A stretch of 64,000 nt of DNA from Amphiscolops sp. MND2022 (taxonomy: Eukaryota): NCBI GenBank assembly GCA_964187785.1, contig OZ076415.1:18848001-18912000 (forward strand), given 5' to 3'. The position numbers and the translations under genes were made by a program. Shown here piece by piece: positions 11,495 to 25,596 of the stretch. Below the pieces are notes generated by a model. That model made no database searches and had not been told where the DNA came from. It saw only the letters and a program-made list of their open reading frames with translations. The stretch's first letter is position 1. Each line of letters opens with the position of its first letter.

Positions 11495-14400
11495 AAATTT
11501 AGTTTCGGATTTGTTTATCACGGCGGATTTTGAAGACTTGTGAGAATGCGTAGAAATTGTTATTACCACGGGTGATGTTTCTGAACGCTTGTTTGAGTTA
11601 ATGAGTAAAACCAGCTGTAGTTTTAAATAGCGATACAATTCAACAGAGTTACTAAAATTAGGGAAAAACCAGTTCTAAAGATACTTTCTAGTATTTGAAT
11701 AAATATCTCAGCTCAGCCAAGTGAGGTAGGTTCGTGACGAAGTTCGTCTTTTGGTTTTAGTGTAAAATTTTAGTGTAAAACTTTCCTAAACTGTGAATCA
11801 GGTCAATGTTATTTGAGTCAACCTAAAGTGTGGAGGCCAATTCTGATAACTGGTGCTACTCTGCTACAGTTAATTTGTGGAAAGATATGAAGTTGTAATG
11901 AAAATCAGGGATTCGACAGAGCAGCAAAAAGTTGCAACATCACATTAGGTCTTAAGTCACATTTGTTGTTTTAGTTTTGAACAAAATTGTCTGTCTTTTG
12001 GACGATGAAGAGTGATTTTTGTTTTCAGAGGATTCAAAAATCTGCCATTTGCTATTTTCATCGAGTCGCCAGCTCTGTCGCCAAAATCTGCCTCTCAAAA
12101 TTGCGGCGCTACAATTGAGACACGTGGTTCTTACTGGCTCCTTGTTTTTGTTTTTTTTGTTTGTTCTTTCTGACATGAACAGTTTTTGCTGAAGCATTTC
12201 TCTGATGTGCACGCAAGTGTTGCATTGAGAACCTTCTTATAGCCCAGCAGTAGCTAATAACAAGCGCTCACTTCACTTATAACTAGTAGTAAACAGTACA
12301 AAAATCAAAGCCTCTTTCATGTATACACACCACGGATTACTGCAATCCGGAACGTGTAAACGTGTAGCTGGGATCCAAGTCTATCTTTTTAGTCCTCCAA
12401 GTTCATATACTTGTCGCATAATTGTTTGTGTATATGCCATCGTGTGATGCCTTTCTATTTGGTAATGTAAATATGTCAAGAGTACAGGAATGATTGTGCA
12501 AATTATGATAATTTAATCTGGTTCTCTCATCTAGCTTTCAATGGTTGCTAACAACTGGAAATGGCCAGTGCCAACCGCTGGCTTTTTACCGGCTTAGGCC
12601 TGGTTCTTACACGCCTGCTGGCGGCTCACTTTGCGTTGGTGCTACCGCCAAAATGAAACCACCATCGGCTACCACTGCCGGCTCTTGAAGCAACAGTAGT
12701 CGTTCCTTGGTTCTCTTTTTTTGTCGGTTCTGGCTTGTCTTCGGCTTTGAATGATGCCGGCACTGTGGACGGATGTTTTGTGACTGGTCGTTGAGTTGTT
12801 ATTGCTGTTGTTGGAAACTCTGGCTTCTGTGCCAGCGCGGGATGTGGCTACGGTCGTGCCTGTTGTAGTACAAGTAAATAACTGGCTCGTTGCTGGCTCT
12901 TAGAAAACAAGCAATCGACAATGAATCTTGCAGCTCGCTAGATGCGCTGAGAAGGAGCTTGCTTTCCTTCGTAGAAGCGCATTCCTAATACAACATTCAT
13001 ACATCTCTGGCAATCCAATCGCGTCCTTCTTGTATCTTGGCTCTCTCTGTCTCTCGTGTCTTTGCCTCTCCAGAGGAATTCACGCCGTGCTGGCTTCAAG
13101 CAGCAACAGCTGTATCTGGAGCCTTCACTTTTGCTGTGAAGATTTTCTTGAATCGAATCACTTGAACAATCCAACCGCTCTTTTTCTATCTCCATCGTTC
13201 CCCCTTCACTACTAACTATAGTTAATAACTGTGATACTATTAATCACCAATTCAAATCAACCACAAACATGAGCAACGCCAAAAACAACAAGCATCACTT
13301 TTGGTGTTCATTTCCGAAACTGAAACTAACAATTTGAGAATTGTGAGAACCCGATATTGAAGAAAACACGCCACCTTTTGTAGCAGTTTTTCATTTGAAA
13401 CCGTAAATCATATGAAGCTGAGGGAAACATTAGCTGATAACCTTTCGAATGTGAACTGTTAACCCCAGAAAATCTCGTAACTTCAAAACGATACGTCGTT
13501 CAATTTTTGAATTGTAGAAAAAAATTAAACCTAACCTTAGGTGTTTCAAATTTGCAATGAAATATAGGCTACTTCGATGTTTTCATGTAGGTCGTTTACA
13601 ATGTGAATGAAAGATTTTTTACATGTTTTTGATAGAATTAGGTGTTACCTGACGGAACCGCCTTTAATATGTTAGCAAAAATTTTTCATACTTTGTGAAG
13701 AGATAAATAATCTAATTTTGACTTTCATATTCCCCAAAAATCAACTTCAATTTTTTTGTCTATTCTGTATACAGAGTATCTTTCTTTTGTGATGGTAAAT
13801 ATGAAAACCTTTCCAAATATTACTAATTTGTCAATCCATATTTCTTCTATGCCTCCAAATCATAAAAATTGTTTTCGCCAAGTTTCTGAGGCTTGCCTAA
13901 TGAAAGCAATTTCATCATCAGTTGCATTGGCGTCAGAGACTAAATTTTAGATGCAATTTGTCCTAAACCAGCTCCACGATGCCCCTTTCTACTTTTATGT
14001 GTATCCTTTTATATACTTTCTGGCCACTTTTTCTACTTCTCCTCCGTCTTCTGCTTTTCTTCTTTTCTTTTTGCCCTCTTTTTTCTTCTGTTTATCCTGG
14101 CAATTTTAGTCTTGCTGATTGATAATTTAGCCTCAGGTGATAAACTTCTGCTGCGAAGAACGCGGCGAAGGAAATTAGAAAGAAGACTACAAATTTTCTG
14201 GACCCTCCCTTTCCCTGGTGTGGCTGGGAAAGGGAAACAGAAAAAGCGGGAATATGCCCACCGTCCGCCCCAGGACTCCACAGCAGCAGAAAACAGAACA
14301 GAAGGGGGCCAGAAGAAAAAGAGCAGACACAAAATTTTGCAATTCCCCTCTTCTCTTGTTTTCTTTTTTTTTGGGGGGGGGGTGTTTTTTAAAGCGGGGG

Positions 14401-15941
14401 TGTTGCTTATGTTGTTTAGGGGTGAAAGGCGGCTAAGAGTGGTAGATAGAATAAAAGCAGGGGTCTGCTGTTGTGCTCTGTTGATGCAGATACATTGTTT
14501 TTCCCTCTTTTCCCCGTCTTTTCATTCCCCAGTCTTACTTCTTGCTCGTTGGCTGCTGCGCGCGCTTTTGATAACTGCAGCAGATACGCGACGAGCATTC
14601 AAGACAGATGTTACCGGGTGAACAATAGTTGCGAAAAACGTGCAAACGTAAAATCTATTGTTTACCCTGCAGAAAACTTGTGTTCTAATCAATTATCTCT
14701 TGCAGCCCAACACGCTGCCGTAAATTTCTCTCTTCCATGAACAAAGACGGTATAACTTGACTAGCACCTACCTAGGTCGTCCGTCGTCTCCATCAACAAC
14801 AGTGGTAACGGGTACTGCCGGTTTGCACCGCCCCTGAAAAACAACAGCAACAAGCGTACGTACCCCCTAAAATCAGGGAGAAGACACTTAGCACTGAAAT
14901 GAGTTTAGTTGGCCGGGACTCGAGGCTAAACTAGGTCTAGATGCAGCAACCATGTCTGATGATGTGTTTTGTGTTTTGTTTTCTGGCAGTTGTGAAAAGA
15001 AATGAAGTGAAAAATTTCAGAGGGTGGTCGTGCAAGGCGGGAAAAGAAAGGGAGCACTTTGAGAGGATATGGGAGACGGGTTGGGTGCGGGAGACACGTG
15101 GCAAAGGTGTCGTCTGGATTTTGTGGGTCGGTCGGTCGGGGCGGGAAGGGGTTCCGGCGCCTGGGTGTCGCTGGCCCAAGTTTGAAGTGTTGGGGCAAAT
15201 TAAGGAGAAGCTAGGGAGATTTGAGGGATGGATAATTTTGGTATTTGCAATGGCGCCAACATGTCTAGTGGTTTTGGTTGGCTGAATAAATTGGCTAATT
15301 GAAGAGTAATTCTGTAGCAGCAGGCTCTTAATATTACATCCGGTTAACAAGCAAATTTCCCGTTTGGCAGCTGTTGTTTTACACTCTGTTTGGCTCTTCC
15401 TTTTCTTCTTTGTCGCTCCTCTAAGCAGACAACAAACACTCTGAAAATATATCAAAAGAAGATAACAACCCAATCAGATAGTTGACTACTACTATTACTA
15501 CTCACTCCTCGTTCCACAGCAGACTTCTCTGCTTCCATTCCTTCACTTCTCCCTCCGATGATATTGCGCAATAAAACAACATACCCGCCCTCTTATCTTC
15601 TGCAGACAATCACACCCCTCAAGAAAGGTCTCACAAATTGCAAAAATTGCAAAACAAAACTCGACGACCAATTTCACATCCAAAATGAATATGGTATTTA
15701 AAATCCTTTAAAACCTTGGAATTGATGATTCACATACATCTGATTCGAGACTCAACCGTTTAATGAAATTCATTCAGAAAAAATTCAGTAGGAGCAATAA
15801 ATTTCGAAACTAGGAAGTCTAATGATTCGAAAAACAACCAGAGAACAGCTCAAAGTTGGCGCATAGTAACGAACAATTTCAGTTTGGCCGCCCCCTTTCC
15901 GTTCCGTCGCATCCGTGTCTGTCTTAAAAAGAGAGCAAAAA

Positions 15942-16520
15942 AACAAGACGAGAACGTCTAAAGTCGACGCCCCGCTTATGGCTGAGAAGCGCAAAGTTTC
16001 AAAAATAAGCTCAGGGCGTTTTAAAGTAAAATATCGCAAATTTAGGTGCCAAAATGCCCAAAGGAAGCCTTTCGTGGTCAGAAAACACTTTTCTGTAACT
16101 AATTAGATAAAAGAAAAACAAAATTGGTTTGAAATTTTCTAAGAAAAAGTCGCTCCGTGCCGAAAAACCCAAGCTCTTAAAACGTAGTGACCTAACTGAA
16201 AACATGAAAAAAATCGAAGGACCCTTTCGTGAAATATGAAAAATTCTGAAAAAAAGTCTCTCACTGCCGGACAAAATCCTAAAGGAGTCTTTCATTCCCA
16301 TATAGTTTAGAGGGTACGGTGAAACTATGAACACCTCAAAGAGAAGAACCTTTGTGCACGCATTAGATCTTAGGCGTGAAGTAAAAAAAGTGATCTTTTC
16401 ATTGTGAGCTCTGTAGTCTGGCAAAAGTAGGAATCATCGTAATAGTCGGGCACATTCCGTGTAAAAAAGTGTAAAAAATGACTTCCCTAGACTGGCGCTT
16501 TTTGTTAACTATTACCGTCG
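15942..16520 (-). mobile_element. Diverged minus-strand copy of the same element
   Basis: AACAAGACGAGAACGTCTAAAGTCG at 15942 is the reverse complement of the family 3' end; TAATAGTCGGGC (about 16440) and GTCGACTAAAAAG (about 16510) match the 5' end. Confidence 0.5.
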
Positions 16521-17954
16521 ACTAAAAAGTATTTCGTCAACGCAGATTCTTTGTAGTAATTATAAGGTTTGATTATTCATGCACTAACCTCTTTAAGGGC
16601 GGAGCCTTCATTTCATCCACTTTTTGGCTGTTCCGCCAAGAAAATTTTGAGCTGGATGGAACCAGACCTAAAATTTTAAAATCATCATTTTATGTTTTTG
16701 AAAGATATGTTTGAGCTAACGCCGGTCATAACGGTATCCGATGTTTGTTTCCCCGTTGTTGCCTGCTGTTTTCTCTATCATTTTTCATTTTCCTTCCTTT
16801 TTTATAACTACTGCTCTTAGCTGCCTTTTGAATAATTATTACAAGTTGATGCTTTGTTTCGTCGGTCGTCTTTTCCCATCTCTCCGGATGGAGGGGGGGG
16901 GCTTGGCGATGGTAGGAGTTGAATACCTGTGGTCTCGCTTGGCTGGTAGCTTCTGGATGAGATCAGATTCGGTTCTGAAAGAGGTATAATATCTACATTA
17001 ACAACAGGTCGAGGTTGAAGCGGCCGAGCTCAAGACAAAGAAGCTGCTCAGCAAGCGTTGCAAAGCTCGACAAGTTGGCTGAAAGAAGCAGCTGAAAAGA
17101 ATCATCAAATATGTCATCACATTCACATCACTTTCTATCCTCTTCTTTCAGCTGCACTTCGTCTCAGCTCTGAAAAAAGACGGAAAAGGAGAAAAAAGGC
17201 GCGCAGATCGTTCTTTTACTTGAGAGAATGATGACGTATGAAATTATGGCATGGCATGAAAGCGCTGAGATGCCATGGTATAGCATCAAAAGAATGATTT
17301 AGATCGCAGAGTGTACTGTTTGAATTGAGAAATGAGCACAAGAAAAAAGATGCCAGAAAATGGATGGAAGAAAAAGATGGAATGAAAACTGAGTAGGGTC
17401 AAATTAGGGTAAGGTTTGATTAGGGATATGATTAAGACGAGACAAGTTTGGTCTAGAGAAAACTGGCATGTTGAATTTTTTAGGAGTTGATCATATTTTC
17501 AAATTTCATCGAACGAACAGTTATTGACAACATTGTAGGATTTTCAAATCAACTTTTAAGATACACGGTATAGAAAATAATGAATGTGTCGCAATAAATA
17601 AAGTTATGGTCATTGAAAAGGCTGAAACATTGTGGAAGTTTTTGAATAACATTTTAGGTAATGGTAAATTTTGTTTCATTGCTGTCGTAATGTGGAATTT
17701 GAAAAAAAATCATTTCATAACTGTAGATGTGGTCTGATTTTTCAACCTTTCTTGGTATTTCTTTTTGCCAAATATGTTTTCGTTGACTATATTTTTTCAT
17801 TTTTATGAATATAAGTTTATTCTTAATGTATACTTAGATATACTTAACCTAAAAATCAAAGAATTGCTCAAAGTGAAACGATTTTGTGTCGAAGACATCT
17901 TGACCTAAAACGGCTCCAATACAAGCTTTTTTGATGAGCGAATATTTTTCAAAG

Positions 17955-17974
17955 CTCTCTCTCTCTCTCTCTCT
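17955..17974 (+). repeat. (CT)10 microsatellite
   Basis: Ten CT units read directly, about 90 bp upstream of the exon 3 acceptor. Confidence 0.95.
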
Positions 17975-18063
17975 AAGAAATAATGTTTGATAAGAATTTT
18001 TGAAAGTGTTTTTAGTTACTTCTAAATCTCTCCTTAGTTTCTCAACGTGGTTTCTGTGTTTAG

Positions 18064-18914
18064 AGCAAGTACTCGCTAAGGGATCGTGGATGTGTCCTCA
18101 ATGCATGAAGATCATCAAGTACAAACGAAACGCGAGGGCCCATCTCATGTCGCATGCAGCCGTGAGACCGTGTTTTTCATGCTCCTTCTGCGACCAAAGC
18201 TTCACCACGAAATGGAACCTGAAAAAACACCTCAAACTGAATCATGGCATCGACATGGAAATCACTGACCCTCTGATGAACACAGGCGGTAGTCCGCTTC
18301 CCCAGGAAATGAACAAACATGCTTTACCTTCCTCACATGCGGGTTCCATGGAGAAACAAAGAGCAGCGACCGCATTGGCCAACTCGGCCGCATCAGCTAA
18401 ATATTTCAGCCCCTTACAATCCCCGCCCACCATGGCTAATCTGAACACCTTAGCGGCTGCCACTGCCGGTCTGTATAACCCGGAGAACCTTGAAGCTAAA
18501 GAATCTAACGACCTGAAAGTTGCGCAACACTTTTATCAAAACTTTCCTGCAAAAGATTTGCTGAACAATCAAGCCGAAGCTACAAAAGCCCTTCAAGCTT
18601 TAACGTCTGTAAATATGTTGATGCAGTCTAGTCTTTTTGCCGAGCAGATGCTTCAGTTTGGATCTCAGTTTAAACAGGACCATGCGACAGCGAACCCTGC
18701 GGAACACCTCAATCTAGCCACCAGCTTGGCCCAATTGGCCAATCAGAGCGCAGTTGATTTTTCAAATGGACAACGACTTGGCTCATCAGCTGACGAGAGT
18801 GAAACCAGTTCGACCAATGGCGATTTAGATATCGATACTGCTCCCGGTGAAGAAGAAATACCTCTGAACTTTGCCGACTATCAAGCTTCCAAAAAACCCG
18901 AGATTCCCAGCTAA
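18064..18914 (+). CDS. C2H2 zinc-finger protein gene, terminal coding exon with two C2H2 fingers
   Basis: CPQCMKIIKYKRNARAHLMSH and CSFCDQSFTTKWNLKKHLKLNH; acceptor TTTCTGTGTTTAG| at 18063 in phase 1 matches the exon 2 donor; TAA at 18912. The three exons total 1860 nt, or 619 aa plus stop. Confidence 0.88.
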
Positions 18915-19505
18915 AAAGAACTTGTTGAACTGAATACGGAAATCTGAAAATTTCAATTTTTCTTATATTGTCATTTCCTTCTTCATGAATTGGGCAGGGA
19001 TCATTCATTAAATTATTCATAATTAGATAGAAGTTCTGTTTTCTTTCTCAACATCATCATTAAATGCCTTATATTTATTACTAGTTTCTCAATCTAAATT
19101 GTAATCGTTCTTTGAAATTTAATTTGTTGGAAAAACCTTCCATTGTCCTAAAGAAACAAAACTGTAAATCACGTTATTCACGTAGATTCACTGAAAGTCA
19201 TGTTAGATCCAATTAGCATATAACTCAAGTCTGTGGGTGTTTTCAAGAGCAAGAATATTGCACATTTTTTCCAACCATTCCAGAATAGATCTAATGGTCG
19301 AAGGAATGGACATTCTAGAAGCAAAGTGTTGAGACTGTGAATGTTAAAACAAAATGTTATTAGCATTAGACGACCCTGGAATAAGAGTAGTGTCGTGTTC
19401 TAGGTGTTTACTCATGAAAAGAGAGGTTTGTGGAAGTGGGTCTTCAAATGCTCTATGTAATCTCAACTTTATCATAAGTAATAATGACCAGTTGTTTCAA
19501 AGTTC

Positions 19506-22500
19506 TGTGATCAGAATATACGGTTGATTGGGTTTATGACGGTTTTTATGTCATCAGCATAGGAATATACTACATTCCCTTTTCAATGTCAACCATGATC
19601 AAATTTTCGTCATCGTCTAGGGTTACGGTGTTTGGCCCCCGGAAAGTTAGCGGGTTTCTGCATATCCTCCCTCTTCTGACTCCAGCAATATCCATGTATT
19701 CCATAGAAATGTTCCTTAAAACAATTCAAGTTCTTCTAAATTTATTTGCAGCATACTGAATGAGTCCATATTTTACCACTACGGTACGTTTTCCAGTTGA
19801 TTGTCTCGTTCCTGCCAGCTGCACGGTAATACATTCGGTAGGTTTGATTCTCTGGAGATTGATTGAATGAGGTCCACAACCTCCTTTTCGTCGGTAGCAG
19901 GTTTTCGTTTGTCTCCATTGGTACCGATTTGTCGCGTTTATTGACAGACGTTCCTATGAGTTCCTTCTCTGGTGCGAAATAACCTTTCCCCACGTATACT
20001 TTAGATACCAGGGTATCTTGAGATTTTATCCCGATTGCTGACGTTTGGCTGATCTGGAAAAATTTCAACACTAATGTTTCAAACGAGACGCCCACTAAGC
20101 ACAGGGAAATTTTCCGCCCATCCATAATTCCTTAGAAAGAGATATACTTGTTATACGGTGTAAAATACCGAAGCGAATTATTCGGATGAAGTACCAATCA
20201 AAACAAGGAGAGTTCTAGACTAGCAATTTATGTGACCTTTATGTTTTGTATTTGTAAACAACTATTTGTTTTGTATTAAACGTTACATCATTTGATAATA
20301 CCATTAGCTAGACTTGAGACGGAAAAGCTGGTCATCCCTTTTGTAGATAATCGTGAAAGATATTTCTAACAAACTAACTTGTTTTGTTTTTATCCAGTAG
20401 CATCTAGAATTATCACATGGCGCTGTCAGCCAACCAATTAATTTTATCGGAACAAAGAAGATGGCCCAAGAAACAAATCAGGACGAAGTACCGAACCTCG
20501 AGGCCACATCAGACGGGATAAGAATAATCACACCGAAACAGTGGCTCGAGAGATTCAGACAATACACAAAGAAAAAGTACAAGATAGATATTGCCGAACT
20601 AATACGGTGAGCTGAAATGACAAAAAACCGTTTGACTGATAAAGAGACGGAAATTAAGAAAATTTCATTTTGGACATCGGACCCGAAGCCCTATACCAAA
20701 TGACACGGACAGAATACAAAACGTAACCAGACCAAATAAAGACCAAAGATTTGGTCAAACTATTCAACGAATATTTCGTACCAAAAACACTTACCATAAC
20801 CGCGGAGAATTCTTCTGGACTAGACAGAATGAAACCGAAACGCCAGAGGACTTCTGAAGATTCATAGAAATCGAAAAAGAATGTGCGTTCGAAGGAATAA
20901 CAGCCGAAGATCTGCTCATTCTAAAATTTATGACCGCAATAACAGACACGAAACTCCGAGACAAATTAATGAAACAAAAAAATGGAACTGAATAAAACAG
21001 TTGAAATGAATAAACAGAACACTTATGAGAGGAAAAATTGGAAAAACACAACACCGGAAGATGTAATCACAAAACGAGAAAAAAAATAAAAGAACCAATA
21101 CAAAAAACGGAAAAACTCGGTAAGAGACCGAAAAACAGAACAATAACCAAAGAAGAAACAACAACGATTGGAGATGAATCCGACCAATCAGAATCAAGCA
21201 TAACGGATTGAGAAGAAAAATAGAATTACCGACAAAAAAAAGGACTGGACCACAACAGTGAAAGTAAACGAAACCGAAAAAGAATTTATAATAAATACGG
21301 ATCACCAATTTCAAAAACACCGGTAGATGACAACGTTCTGAAAAAAAACCGAAATTCAGAAAGTGAAACATCGATAGCAAGACTTAAACAAAAACGGAGT
21401 AGAGTTTCGCGGACAAATATCGGCAGATATTAAAAACGAAAACAACAAACAGAATTGCAAATATTGATTATCGAAAGAAATGTAATAACACCGCTACACG
21501 GAATGGACTGGCTGAAGAAATTCAATCTAACAATCAGAAACATCCGATCGGACGAAAACAACCAATCAGACAAGAAACAAGTGATTGAACTGTTTCCGGA
21601 TCTGTTCAAGAATAACACCACAATAAAAGATACCGAAATAAACATACAACTCAAACCGGGACATTAAGCGGTAAAACAAAAAGCGAGACCGATACTATTA
21701 CATATTCAAGAAGAAGTCGGTATAGAATTGGAAAAAAACTATTGAAAACTAGACATTTAGAGAAAGTGAAACACATAAACACATAACTGAAGACTGTTTT
21801 GTATCCCCGGTGGTAATCACAGTGAAAAACGACAAGTCAATAGAGATTGCATTGGACTCAAGGAAATTGAATGACAGTTCTAGAAATATCAGACAACACA
21901 TGACGAATATGGAGGAGTTAATAAACCAAGTTTCCGTAGAATTCACAAAAGACCGAACAAAGAAATTATTGATATCCAAAACCGACTACGCATACGGTCA
22001 GATGAAACTGTCCAATGAAACAAATCGACAATGGTAACCGGGGGAAAATTTAGCGGTTATTATAGATTCAAGAAAAGCTTTTGTGGACTAGCCGACATCC
22101 CGACTATCTTCCAAGAGAAAATTGACCAAACATTAGACTTTTCAACACCGGCCTGATTAGACGACATAAGTGCTGTAACCCTAGGAAACCGGGAATATCA
22201 CGAAACGAAGTCTTTCGATGTTCTGAAGAAGCTAGAAGAAGCGGGATACCGTGCAAGTGAAAATAAAATCAAGTTGTTCCGAAACAAAACAAATTGGCTG
22301 GGACCCGAAATTGATGAAAATGGTAATAAACCGAATAAACAAAAAGTGAAAGCAATCTTCAATTTGAAACACCCGGAAAATCAGAATCATTTGAAATCAT
22401 TTTTCGGAGCAATTCAAATCATCGCAAAATTTCTACCGGGACTATCGTAAAGAACTGAAAGACTGAGACGAATACTACAGAAAAATTCCAAAATGGAATT

Positions 22501-24640
22501 AATGAAAAGAACAAGAAGACAATTCCAATACCATAAAGAAATTATTGACTGAAGAACCTTGCTTGGCTCACTACGCGAAAGACCGGGAGAACATCGTGAC
22601 AACCGACGCAAGTAAAACCGTTCTCGGAATAACATAATGGCAAAAACAATCGGACGGAGAAATTAAACCGATAACATTCGGTAGCAGATATTAGCAGATA
22701 TTGAAAAGAAAGTGAAAAGAACTATTGAACCGGAGAGTGGGAGCTATTAGCTGTAGAATGGAGTATGGAAAAAATCCGATTTTATCTACATGGAAAGAAA
22801 GTTTTTTATATACAGACCACAAAGTTCTCGAACCGTTGATTAAAAGAAATTGGTGCAATAGACAGTAGAGCGCAAGGCTGACAAATTGATTACATCGTTT
22901 AGTGCACTTTGAAATTTCTGTTCAAAGTATCGCAGGAAGTAATTTAAAGTGTACCAACTTTCTTAGTAGAAATCCGGTCGAAGAAGCAACGACTGAAGTC
23001 GCGTACGATGCGCAATACGTTATTAAAGTATTTCCGAGCCATCCGAATTAAACATCAAATACAGCTCGCTCTTCTCTAACCATACAGAAAACGCTACCGA
23101 AATTTATGAAACAACCGAAATGAAGTCTCACAAGCAATGAAAATGAATAAGAACTTTCGAGAATAACCGAGACGACAACGAAAAATTCATACCAGCGAAA
23201 TTTACATCGAATTCAAAACGAGAAGAACGTTATACGAAAAGTTTAAACAACAAAATTCAAAACATTTACCAAATTCACTTCTTTTTAAGAAAAACTTGGA
23301 CAGTGACTATTTCCTTTGGGAGGCTACCGCAGAGATTATGGAGATAATCAGAAGAAGATGAAAGAGCCCGGGGACCATGGGACTAGTGAAACGGAGACTA
23401 GAAATATCACGCACCAGGACAATGAAAACAAACAATCTCAATGCTCAACGCCAGAATTGGGTCCAATCAAGGCCCAACAAAAGAAGTGAAGAGATAGCAG
23501 AAATAGACAGCGAACTGCTAAACGGGGCGAATAGATTTGGCGTAGGCTACCAACCGCTCGGTAGAAAGGGTAGTAGAAGACAATCAACTGCGAGAAGAAA
23601 CTGAAGAAAACGAACCGGAGAGTGAAGACGAAAGCCAGATAATTAGATGAGACAATTTCCCGATCGCAGACCTGAAGGCCTGCAAAACAGAAGGAAGCGA
23701 AGGAAGCGCAAGTCATCCAAGAAATCAAATTATCGACAAGATGCACGGGGACAAGAAAGCTATGGCCGAGCATTTCGAATGAAAGTTAAGACCGAACAAA
23801 ATGTTGTGTTGCTTGCATGGCATCAGGTTAGAATTTATTCTATCTAATACCAAAAAATGGAACCAGAAAACTAAAAAACATTAACCGAACAGGGACAAGA
23901 TATACAAAACTCGATTTTACCGGGAAACTTAACAACCAAAAACTAAACGGTGAGTAACAATTACTAATAGCCGTAGACAGATTTAGCAAATGGCCGACCG
24001 TAAAAAGATTTCAATGGTCGGAAACAAAAGAAGTATTGAATTGCCAAACTAAAACTTCAATTTTTACCGACTTCCAGAAAAACAAATTCGGATAAAGTTG
24101 GAGCATTTATATCGAAAGATTATAAAGAATTTTGCAAATCCCGAAACAACGAAATTGAATATAGCACACCGAGGCTACATACCGGCGCCGGGCGGTAGAA
24201 TGCGCTATACAAACGGTAATGAATTTAATAATAGCAAAACTGGAAGACAATTTGTGCCTCACCGAATGCGCAACTAGAGCAAAAAACGTGATGCGATTCA
24301 AAATACTCACGGGATTGAAAGCGACACGCTTCGAGCTTCACCACAGTCGCAACCTGAGGTGCAAATTAACAAATTTAATAAAAGACGGTAAATCATTCCT
24401 GTATAAATGGTCGGAATTATCCGTTTCAGCTGAAAATAGACCGAATATACCGATAGATGTGTCACGGAACAGTGATAGAGAGGTGCTTTCCTCGAATTGT
24501 TTTGTTCAGAGACCAAATACCAAATACTTATAACCAATGTTTTGGTCATAACCATTTTCAGGGGCTACGCAAACGTTGGATTTGTGAGCCTATTACGTAC
24601 GTATTTTTTGAACAAATAATGACTGAAGAGTTCAGTGGTT
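19506..24640 (+). mobile_element. Decayed Ty3/Gypsy retrotransposon (probable 5' LTR, PBS, and gag, PR, RT, RNase H, integrase fragments; no 3' LTR)
   Basis: TGTGAT (19506)..ATCACA (20417), then PBS TGGCGCTGTCAGC (tRNA-Ser-like). Fragments: IIN/DTGSP protease (about 21290), LIVTPLHGMDWL, VVITVKNDKSIEIALDSRKLN and DYAYGQMKL (RT), VTTDASK (RNase H), VDRFSKWP (integrase). Many stops and frameshifts. The LTR start is tentative. Confidence 0.85.
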
Positions 24641-25524
24641 GACGCCTCCAAAAGATTCCCATTATGGACTCCTTTACGGCGAATGTTACTTAGAAGTTTA
24701 GTATCTTCATGTTCTTGACTATACTGTCTTTTTGGATTTTTGGTAATTTTTAGGTATTTCGTGTGTCATTTTGAAACACTTTTCAAGAAAATTCGTCGGA
24801 TTTCTCTTTCAAAAAATCAAAAACTAGTTTTGGATTGCTGGTTTCATCTGCCTAGAACTTTTTGGATATTCTAACTGGCTAAAATCCGCAAAATGTCTAA
24901 AATTGCAAAAAAAAGTTGAAAATGAAATTTTTTGTTAGTTTTTAGGTGTTTTCGAATCATTCTGAGACCTTTTTGCTAACCAACTTCTCGGATTTCTCTT
25001 TAAAAGGGCATCCTGAATAGTTGGTCTCTTCGTTTTGGACTCTTTTGGATTTTCCAACACACAGAAATAATTGAAAATTGTGCAAAAAATTCCTTAAAGA
25101 GCTTTAAAACGTAACAGTCGAATTTTGTCGACTTTATGGTGATTTTGTGGGTCAATTGCGGGTCAAAAAGTCAATTAAAAAATTAAAAGTCTAAGACAAA
25201 ACTGAGTTTACGTCTGTTCCATTCTATAGGTGAACACTTTCAATTTTGGTATGAAATTGGAACAAGGCAAATTTTAAGGAAAAACGAGGCTGCGTTAGTA
25301 ATTTTATTTTCCCACATGGAAACATGGAAAATGAAAACTGCTTTGTACGTATGGAAGCAGCATGGAAAATTTTCTAGCTTAATCAATCAGAGCGAAAAGT
25401 CCAGTCCAATACTTCGTTACAAGTCATGATTTTTTATATTCCTATTTGAGACATTGCTCAACGAGACTTTAATTAGAACAAGACGCCCGCTAAGCACCGG
25501 AATATTTTCCGCTAAAAATGTAAC

Positions 25525-25596
25525 GCATCAGCCCGGGTTTGAACCCACGACCTCGTGTCTACCAGGCAGACGCACTACCAACTGCTCCACGGTGGA
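25525..25596 (-). pseudogene. tRNA-derived sequence (pseudogene or SINE-like head)
   Basis: Minus strand has A-box-like TGGAGCAGTTGGTA and B-box-like GGTTCAAACCC with a CT-GGT-AG loop, but the acceptor, anticodon and T stems do not pair. Confidence 0.6.

Noticed and set aside
14033-15473. Long ORFs 14112-14621, 14937-15473 and neighbours as genes
   Set aside because: Compositionally biased, overlapping on both strands, and without domain motifs or compatible splice phases.
25525-25596. Functional tRNA-Thr(GGT) gene
   Set aside because: A- and B-box-like motifs are present, but the acceptor, anticodon and T stems cannot pair.
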